Assembly (NCBI GenBank): GCA_964577395.1
Contig: CAZNYQ010000006.1
Coordinates: 7,155 to 71,154 of the forward strand
Direction: 5' to 3'
DNA: 64,000 nt
Source: an uncultured Candidatus Saccharibacteria bacterium
GTDB lineage: Bacteria > Patescibacteriota > Minisyncoccia > JBAYJV01
The notes under the pieces are model-generated. The model was given only the letters and a program-made list of their open reading frames with translations. It ran no database searches and was not told where the DNA came from. Both the position numbers and the translations under genes were made by a program. Position 1 is the stretch's first letter; each line of letters opens with the position of its first letter. Positions 57,327-64,000 of this stretch are shown in pieces.

Positions 57327-59498
57327 ATGGCAAAAAAGAAGAAGAAAAAAGCAGAAGAATCTCATAAAAAAACTTTAGGCAGAAGAGCTAAAAATACTAT
57401 TATTGTTATCATTCTCTTTGCAATATCTTTTTTAAATATTGCAGCTTTTTTTAATAAAGCCGGAATTTTAGGAAAATATTTTTTACAAGGATCAACTTGG
57501 CTACTCGGAGGAGGAAAATTTTTAGTACCTCTCTTTTTTATTACAGCAGCCTTGGCAATTCTTGCGAGATTAAAAAAACCTTTATGGCTAACTTTATGCG
57601 GCACATTACTGTTAACATTATCTTCGGTTAGTTTTTTAAATGTTATTTCTCAAGAAAAAGGCGGTGGTTTTATCGGTCAAATCGTGGGGAGCTTTTTTAT
57701 TCGTTATTTAGACAAGCCAGGTGCTTTTATTGTGATAGGAGCATTGACTCTTATTTCTCTAGTTTTAGTTTTTAATTTGTCATTAGGTTTTCTGTTTAAA
57801 AAGCAAGCTAAAGATAAAGAAACGGAAAAAATTGAAGAGAAACAAGAGAAAGTTCAAACTAGTCTTAATCTACAAGAAGAAAAACCTTCTCTCCTTAGAC
57901 GATTATCAAACAAAGAGACTAAGATTTTGCATCGTCCCATTTTTAAGCTTAAGAAACTAGAAGAGGATAATGTTACAGAGCAGTATTCTAAAGGAAAGAA
58001 AGCATCAAGGGATGAAGACCAGACTATTCATAAGGAAAAGATTGAAGGTTATGAATTTCCAAGCTTAGAGCTTCTGACAGCAGAGTTATCTGATAAGGAA
58101 GGTGTCAAAAAATCAGAGATTAATGAAAATATGGAAATTATTCAAGAAACTCTTCGGAATTTTGGTATTGAAGTAACAATGGGTGATGTAAGCGTAGGAC
58201 CAACAGTTACTCAATATACCTTAAAACCGGCACAAGGCGTTAGGTTGTCTAAGATAGTAGCGCGTCATAATGATTTAGCATTAGCTTTAGCGGCTCATCC
58301 TTTAAGAATTGAAGCGCCCATTCCCGGAAAATCCTTGGTAGGTATTGAAGTGCCTAATAGAAATTCTCATTGGGTTAAGTTAAGAGATCTTTTAGAAGCA
58401 CCGGCCTACAAAGAAAAAAAAGCTTACTTAACTCTTCCTCTAGGGAAAGATGTTTCCGGTGAACCTTTTTATGATAATTTAGCCCGCATGCCTCATCTTT
58501 TGATAGCTGGTTCAACGGGAACGGGTAAGAGTGTTGCTATTCATAATATTTTAACTGCTCTCCTTTATCAGAATAGTCCGCGTAGTCTAAGATTAATTTT
58601 AGTTGACCCTAAGAGGGTTGAATTAACACTTTATAATAATATTCCTCATTTATTAACACCGGTAATTCAAGATGCTCAAAAAGCGATTAATTCTCTAAAA
58701 TGGGCTATCTCGGAAATGGAAAGAAGATATGAATTATTATCTCAAATGGAGGCGAGAAATATTTCTTCATATAACAAACAGATAGAAAAAAAGAAACAAA
58801 AATCTCTTAATGGAGAAGAGCACAAATTTTTACCATACATAGTTATTGTTATAGATGAATTAGCTGACATTATGCTTCATTACAGTCGTGAAACTGAGGC
58901 GGCTATTGTAAGATTAGCTCAGATGGCAAGAGCAGTTGGCATTCATTTAATTCTTTCAACTCAAAGACCTTCTGTTGAAGTTATCACCGGTTTGATTAAA
59001 GCTAATATTACTTTTCGGATTGCTTTTCAGGTTGCTTCTCAAATTGACTCCCGAACGATTATTGATGCAGCAGGGGCGGAAAAATTACTTGGTAACGGAG
59101 ATATGCTTTATCAAACTGGTGATAGCTCAAAGCCACACCGTATTCAAGGCGCTTTTCTAGCAGATAGGGAAGTCAAAAGAGTAGTTAAGTTTTTAAGAAG
59201 ACAAGATTATGAAGATAGTGATAGTGTTGATTTAGGCGATGTTTCGCAAGAAAAAAGCATTAATGTAGCAACATTTCATAAACGTGACATGGAAGATGAA
59301 CTTTATCCGGATGCTAAAAAAATAGTTATTGAGGCTCGTAAAGGATCCGCTTCTCTATTAGAGCGTCGTCTTAGAATTGGCTATACTCGAGCGGCACGTT
59401 TATTAGATATGTTAGAAGAAGATGGCATTGTTGGTCCTTCTCGCGGCTCTAAAGCTCGCCAAGTTTTAGCTGAGCAAGATAAACATGAAGTTATCTAA
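57327..59498 (+). CDS. ftsK: DNA translocase FtsK/SpoIIIE
   Basis: N-terminal TM helices, Walker A GSTGTGKSV, a VIVIDELAD segment and a C-terminal winged-helix gamma domain. Confidence 0.9.
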   Translation: MAKKKKKKAEESHKKTLGRRAKNTIIVIILFAISFLNIAAFFNKAGILGKYFLQGSTWLLGGGKFLVPLFFITAALAILARLKKPLWLTLCGTLLLTLSSVSFLNVISQEKGGGFIGQIVGSFFIRYLDKPGAFIVIGALTLISLVLVFNLSLGFLFKKQAKDKETEKIEEKQEKVQTSLNLQEEKPSLLRRLSNKETKILHRPIFKLKKLEEDNVTEQYSKGKKASRDEDQTIHKEKIEGYEFPSLELLTAELSDKEGVKKSEINENMEIIQETLRNFGIEVTMGDVSVGPTVTQYTLKPAQGVRLSKIVARHNDLALALAAHPLRIEAPIPGKSLVGIEVPNRNSHWVKLRDLLEAPAYKEKKAYLTLPLGKDVSGEPFYDNLARMPHLLIAGSTGTGKSVAIHNILTALLYQNSPRSLRLILVDPKRVELTLYNNIPHLLTPVIQDAQKAINSLKWAISEMERRYELLSQMEARNISSYNKQIEKKKQKSLNGEEHKFLPYIVIVIDELADIMLHYSRETEAAIVRLAQMARAVGIHLILSTQRPSVEVITGLIKANITFRIAFQVASQIDSRTIIDAAGAEKLLGNGDMLYQTGDSSKPHRIQGAFLADREVKRVVKFLRRQDYEDSDSVDLGDVSQEKSINVATFHKRDMEDELYPDAKKIVIEARKGSASLLERRLRIGYTRAARLLDMLEEDGIVGPSRGSKARQVLAEQDKHEVI

Positions 59499-59835
59499 AC
59501 GTTTTTTTCTTAGGTACTTTTTAGCTGCCGGAGGCGCTCTCTTAATTATGATTTTCCTTGGATGGCATTTTCTAAGTGTAGTTTTAGCGCCCGATATATA
59601 TATTACTCAACCGGCCCAGAAAGAAATAACAACTTCTCAAGAAGAACTTTTGATTCGAGGACAAGCTAAGCGAGCATACTTTTTAAGAATCAATCAGGAA
59701 TTAATACCTGTTGATAATCAGGGTAATTTTGAGGATGTTATTAACTTGCAAGAAGGACTAAATATGATTAATATAAAAGCAGAAACGAGATTTGGAAAAA
59801 TTAGTCAATATCAATTAAAAATATTACATAATTAA
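59485..59835 (+). CDS. Hypothetical membrane-anchored protein
   Basis: 116-aa ORF with an N-terminal TM helix, overlapping the ftsK stop. Confidence 0.4.
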   Translation: MKLSKRFFLRYFLAAGGALLIMIFLGWHFLSVVLAPDIYITQPAQKEITTSQEELLIRGQAKRAYFLRINQELIPVDNQGNFEDVINLQEGLNMINIKAETRFGKISQYQLKILHN

Positions 59836-59851
59836 TTTTACTTCCATTTTT

Positions 59852-60886
59852 ATGTCACCTAAAAAAAATTCTTCTTTAAAAAAGGAAAAAAACATATCTC
59901 ATATTAATACAGATTCAGTTCAGAGTATTATAGACGAGATTAGAGGCAAGTATGGCGAGGGTTCTATCATGAAATTGGGCGAAGCTAAGAAGGTTGATGT
60001 TGATAGTATTCCGACGGGATCAATTTCTTTAGATATTGCTTTAGGGATTGGTGGTGTTCCTAAGGGTAGGATAGTAGAGCTTTATGGGCCAGAATCATCT
60101 GGGAAAACTACCTTAGGGCTTCATATTGCCGCAGAATGCCAAAAGAAAAAAGGTATTGTTGCTTTTGTTGATGCTGAACATGGCTTAGATCCTCAATATG
60201 CTAAAAAAATAGGGGTTCAGGTTAATGATATTTTAATATCTCAACCTGATACAGGTGAGCAGGCTCTTAATATTGTTGAGACAATGGTGCGCTCGGGCGC
60301 TGTTGATCTCATTATTGTTGACTCGGTAGCTGCTCTAACGCCTCAAGCAGAAATTGAAGGTAGAATGGAGGACCAGCAAATTGGTTTGCAGGCTAGATTA
60401 ATGTCACGTGCCTTGAGAAAACTAACTGGTATTGCTTCTAAAAGTGGGACAACGGTTCTATTTATTAATCAAATTAGGATGAAAGTCGGCATTATGTTCG
60501 GAAATCCCGAGACAACTCCTGGAGGGAAAGCTTTGAAGTTTTACTCGTCAGTTAGAATCGAAGTTCGTAAAGCTGCTCAGCTGAAAAAAGAAGATGATGT
60601 TATTGGTATTCGTGTTAAAGCTAAAGTTGTTAAGAATAAAGTAGCTCCGCCTTTTAAGAAAGCTGAATTTGATATATTATATAACGAAGGGATTTCTCAT
60701 ATGGGTGATTTAATTTACACAGGCGTTAAGTATGATGTTTTAGAAAAAGCGGGTGCTTGGATTAAGTTTCATGGCGATAATTTAGGGCAAGGGGTTGAAA
60801 CTACTCGTCAGTATCTTAAGGAAAATTCTAAAGTTGCTCGTAAGATTGAAACTGAGATTTATAAGATTATTCAAGCGGAACAATAA
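59852..60886 (+). CDS. recA: Recombinase RecA
   Basis: GPESSGKTT Walker A and a FINQIR segment match RecA. Confidence 0.97.
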   Translation: MSPKKNSSLKKEKNISHINTDSVQSIIDEIRGKYGEGSIMKLGEAKKVDVDSIPTGSISLDIALGIGGVPKGRIVELYGPESSGKTTLGLHIAAECQKKKGIVAFVDAEHGLDPQYAKKIGVQVNDILISQPDTGEQALNIVETMVRSGAVDLIIVDSVAALTPQAEIEGRMEDQQIGLQARLMSRALRKLTGIASKSGTTVLFINQIRMKVGIMFGNPETTPGGKALKFYSSVRIEVRKAAQLKKEDDVIGIRVKAKVVKNKVAPPFKKAEFDILYNEGISHMGDLIYTGVKYDVLEKAGAWIKFHGDNLGQGVETTRQYLKENSKVARKIETEIYKIIQAEQ

Positions 60887-60953
60887 ATAGTTTTGGATCA
60901 AAAAAAGAGCTTAAATATATATATGAAAATTAAGTTCTTTTTTTTAATATCTT

Positions 60954-61154
60954 TTATCTTCTAGAAAAAGGCAAAAGACCCATATTGCGCGCTCTTTTAA
61001 TAGCCTTGGCTAATTGTCTTTGATGTTTAGCACAAGTACCAGTATAACGCGATGAGTTAATTTTACCCAAAGGGGTTAAGTACTTTTTCAAAAGCTCTAT
61101 ATTAGTATAATCTATTTCTTTAATATTTTTTTGGCAAAAAAAACAATGACGCAT
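60954..61154 (-). CDS. rpsR: Ribosomal protein S18
   Basis: [27 protein letters not shown] matches S18. Confidence 0.9.
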   Translation of the reverse strand: MRHCFFCQKNIKEIDYTNIELLKKYLTPLGKINSSRYTGTCAKHQRQLAKAIKRARNMGLLPFSRR

Positions 61155-61180
61155 AGTAATATATTTATAAACTTAATAGG

Positions 61181-61603
61181 TTAAAAAGGAATATCTTCCA
61201 CATCCACTTCATTCTCTTCTTCCTGCTTTTTTTGTTGTGGTTTTGATCGGGGAGAGCTAGGCGAAGAAGTTCCTGCTGATTTTGGACCTAATTGAAGTTC
61301 TCGACCGATAATTTCTGTTTGGTAACGTTTCTGTCCATCTTTGCCTTCCCAAGAACGTGTTTGAATTCTTCCAACAATTAGACAAAGCTGGCCTTTAGCA
61401 AGATATTGATTAGCTACATCTGCTATTTTGCCAAAAAGAACGATATTATGAAATTCAGTTGCTTCTTGGCGATTACCATCTTTATCACTCCAGACACGAT
61501 TAGTTGCAAGACTAAAATTTGCGACTGATTGACCTGATGGTAAACTACGTGATTCAGGGTCAGCTGTTAAACGACCGAGGACAATGGCTTTATTAAGATT
61601 CAT
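61181..61603 (-). CDS. ssb: Single-stranded DNA-binding protein
   Basis: OB-fold N-terminus (MNLNKAIVLGRLTADPE) and an acidic C-terminal DIPF tail. Confidence 0.9.
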   Translation of the reverse strand: MNLNKAIVLGRLTADPESRSLPSGQSVANFSLATNRVWSDKDGNRQEATEFHNIVLFGKIADVANQYLAKGQLCLIVGRIQTRSWEGKDGQKRYQTEIIGRELQLGPKSAGTSSPSSPRSKPQQKKQEEENEVDVEDIPF

Positions 61604-61624
61604 AAAGCTAAGATTAAAATTTAA

Positions 61625-62104
61625 TTAAATTTCTTTTTCTAATATTTTTTCTAAAGATTTGTCAATATCATCAAGCTTGATCTTTGTTTTATCTTTCTTA
61701 GGAGAAGTAATTTTATTATCGCTTTCCTTTTTAACTTTGCTGGTTTTTTTAATATCTTTTTTCTTTTTTTGAAACATCGTTTTTCTATATGTTTCTTTCT
61801 CTTTAAATTCTTGACTGCTTAATTTATTCTTGATGATTGTGAAGCGTAATATTTTTTGAAGATGTTTTAAGTCTTCTCTAATATTTATTAAATCTTGAGG
61901 AGAAGCTTCAAAAAAGATACGTGCAAAATAGCTAGTAAGTTGTTTTTCTATAGGATAAGCTAACTCAAGACTGCGAGGCTCTTCAGCTTTAACAACAGTA
62001 GCCTTTTTTGTGGCTAAGTCCTTTTGAATCTTTTGCCACAATTTATCAGCTTCTTGTTTTTCTAGCTTGCCTGACAAATGAAATGATAATTCATAAAAAT
62101 TCAT
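61625..62104 (-). CDS. rpsF: Ribosomal protein S6 with a Lys-rich C-terminal tail
   Basis: It lies in the canonical rpsF-ssb-rpsR arrangement. The N-terminus YELSF is weakly S6-like. Confidence 0.7.
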   Translation of the reverse strand: MNFYELSFHLSGKLEKQEADKLWQKIQKDLATKKATVVKAEEPRSLELAYPIEKQLTSYFARIFFEASPQDLINIREDLKHLQKILRFTIIKNKLSSQEFKEKETYRKTMFQKKKKDIKKTSKVKKESDNKITSPKKDKTKIKLDDIDKSLEKILEKEI

Positions 62105-62244
62105 ATTGATTAAGAATGCAAGAAATTACGTATATCATATGTTAGCAGAGAACTTTTAAGTCGTCAAGCTTGAAATTAATTTTATCTTGAAGTTGTCAGG
62201 TAAATTAATGAATGATATCATAAGAAAAAGTTATCTTAAATTTT

Positions 62245-63597
62245 ATGAAAAATGATATTTTTAAAGCTTACGATATTCGAGGAATTTTTTCTCAGGAGTT
62301 TAATGGACAAGATGCCTATAATATAGGCAGAGCTTACCTAGACTATATTCGTGAAGCAGAACAAGTTGATGAACCTCAAATTGTTATTGGGCGGGATATG
62401 CGTACTTCTTCTAATGAGATTTTTAGAAATTTTTCTCAAGGAGTTATTAAGCAAGGAGGTGATGTTTTTGACATAGGTTTAAGCACTACCCCAATGCTTT
62501 ATTGGGCTGTAAATTTTTTAACAGCGCAAGGTGGTGCTATTATTACTGCTTCACATAATCCGGCTCAATATAATGGTTTTAAATTAACAAGATCTCAGGC
62601 TATTGCTTTAAGTGGCCAAGAAGGACTAGAGGAAATTAAGCAAAAAGTTTTGCAAGAAAATTATAAGACAGGCGAAACGAAAGAAATCATTATGAGAAAG
62701 CCAGTTTTATCTTATTATGTTCCCTTTTTAACTAAAAATACTGAAATTGATATTCAAGAAAAAATAGTTATTGATGCTTCGAACGCTATGACTGCCATTG
62801 TTTTACCAAGGGTACTGGAAGTTTTAAAAGTCAATTATATTCCCTTATATTTTAAACTTGACGGAACTTTTCCTCATCACGAAGCGAACCCTTTTAAACC
62901 AGAAAATTTAGTTGACCTTCAAAAGAAAATGAAAGAAGAAAAAGCTACGCTTGGAATTGCTTTTGATGGAGACGGAGATCGCATCGTTTTTCTTGATGAA
63001 GATTGCAATATCGTAAGAGGTGATTTTATTACAGCTTTTTTAGCGCAAGATATGCTTGAAAAAACTGGGAAAGGTAAAGTTATTTATGACTTGAGATCCC
63101 TTTGGATGCCCAGAGAAGTGATTGAGAAAGCAGGCGGAGAAGCAATTATGTCAAAAGTAGGGCATGCTTTTATCAAACAAGAAATGCGAGAAGAAAAAGC
63201 TCTTTTTGCTGGTGAAATGTCGGGCCACTATTTTTTTAGAGATTTTTTTGGTTGTGAATCAGCTATTCTTACTATGATTAAAGTTTTGAAAATTTTAAGT
63301 AAAAAGAAAAAACGGCTTAAAGAACTGATTCAACCCTATAAAAAATATTATCATTCAGGTGAGATTAATTTTGAAGCTCAAGACAAGCAAGCAAAAATTA
63401 AAAATCTAGAGAAGAAATACGTTCGAGATAATGTTAAAATTTATCATATAGATGGTTTGACGATTGAATTTAAAGACTGGTGGTTTAATGTTCGTCCCTC
63501 TAATACAGAGCCTCTTCTAAGACTTAATCTTGAAGTAAAGAAGCAGGAAGATTTAAAAAAGAGAATTAAAGAACTTAAAGAATTTATTAAAAAGTAA
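62245..63597 (+). CDS. Phosphoglucomutase/phosphomannomutase family protein
   Basis: Active-site TASHNPAQYNGFK and the metal-binding FDGDGDR. Confidence 0.85.
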   Translation: MKNDIFKAYDIRGIFSQEFNGQDAYNIGRAYLDYIREAEQVDEPQIVIGRDMRTSSNEIFRNFSQGVIKQGGDVFDIGLSTTPMLYWAVNFLTAQGGAIITASHNPAQYNGFKLTRSQAIALSGQEGLEEIKQKVLQENYKTGETKEIIMRKPVLSYYVPFLTKNTEIDIQEKIVIDASNAMTAIVLPRVLEVLKVNYIPLYFKLDGTFPHHEANPFKPENLVDLQKKMKEEKATLGIAFDGDGDRIVFLDEDCNIVRGDFITAFLAQDMLEKTGKGKVIYDLRSLWMPREVIEKAGGEAIMSKVGHAFIKQEMREEKALFAGEMSGHYFFRDFFGCESAILTMIKVLKILSKKKKRLKELIQPYKKYYHSGEINFEAQDKQAKIKNLEKKYVRDNVKIYHIDGLTIEFKDWWFNVRPSNTEPLLRLNLEVKKQEDLKKRIKELKEFIKK

Positions 63598-63614
63598 ATT
63601 TGTAATATATTTTT

Positions 63615-64000
63615 ATGCAAGTAACATTTTGTGGTGGCGCCAGAACAGTTACTGGCGCAAATTATCTTTTAGAGTTTAATGATAAAAAATATTTAGTTGA
63701 GTGTGGCTTAACTCAAGGAGGAGATTTTGCCGAACAGCATAATTATCAGCCTTTTTCTTACGACCCTAAAGATATTGAAGCTGTTTTTATAACCCATGCT
63801 CATATTGATCACATTGGTTTAATTCCTAAATTATATAAAGAGGGATTTCGAGGTAAAATTTATGCTACAGATCCGACAGTTTCTTTAGCAACGCCCATGC
63901 TAAAAGATGCTTTTAAAATTTTACGATATGAATGTCAAGATGAAAAAAAACCTTTGCTTTATGAAGAAGAAGATTTGAATCAATCGCTTCAGCTTTTGCA
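63615..64000 (+). CDS. MBL-fold beta-CASP family nuclease, N-terminal part; the 3' end lies beyond the window
   Basis: VTFCGGARTVTGANYLLE...YLVECGL and HAHIDH match the beta-CASP/RNase J-like metallo-beta-lactamase fold. Confidence 0.55.
   Translation, partial: MQVTFCGGARTVTGANYLLEFNDKKYLVECGLTQGGDFAEQHNYQPFSYDPKDIEAVFITHAHIDHIGLIPKLYKEGFRGKIYATDPTVSLATPMLKDAFKILRYECQDEKKPLLYEEEDLNQSLQLL

Overview
This window is a low-GC, gene-dense chromosomal segment, almost all on the + strand, that looks like a Candidate Phyla Radiation (Patescibacteria-like) bacterium. The evidence is ribosomal proteins with Lys-rich tails, rpsE and rplO adjacent with no L30 gene between them, a transketolase split into two genes, and sigma-70-like AT-rich promoters. 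It contains the following, in order:
- The 3' part of secA.
- A 975-aa secreted Cys-rich repeat protein.
- A sugar-phosphate operon: gap, rpiB, an rpe-like gene and split tkt.
- Ribosomal protein L25, a coiled-coil protein with a lytic-transglycosylase-like C-terminus, and a minus-strand operon of rpmE, a domain-1-less RF1 and an acidic membrane protein.
- rpsB-tsf, then tRNA-Thr, tRNA-Tyr, tRNA-Thr, an unlisted rpmG and tRNA-Trp.
- A pseudopilin-like gene, a LacD-family aldolase, an SDR and treT.
- A cell-envelope glycosylation island (24.1-33.0 kb): three GT2, one GT4, a Wzy/WaaL-like ligase, rfbC, and an rfbB interrupted by a 343-aa intein with a LAGLIDADG endonuclease.
- gdh, secDF, a PEBP protein, a DUF2207 protein and mazG.
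- An unusual trio: a sigma-70 region-4 HTH protein, a membrane protein and a HerA/VirD4-like ATPase with a C-terminal zinc ribbon.
- rplU, recR and dnaB on the minus strand, and a MinD/CooC-like ATPase.
- rpoB-rpoC-rpsE-rplO, an orphan RHH gene, ftsK, recA, rpsF-ssb-rpsR on the minus strand, pgm and a partial beta-CASP MBL nuclease.
No CRISPR array, rRNA or transposase was seen. Three small genes missing from the ORF track were found by eye: L33, a 33-aa membrane peptide and the 55-aa RHH protein.
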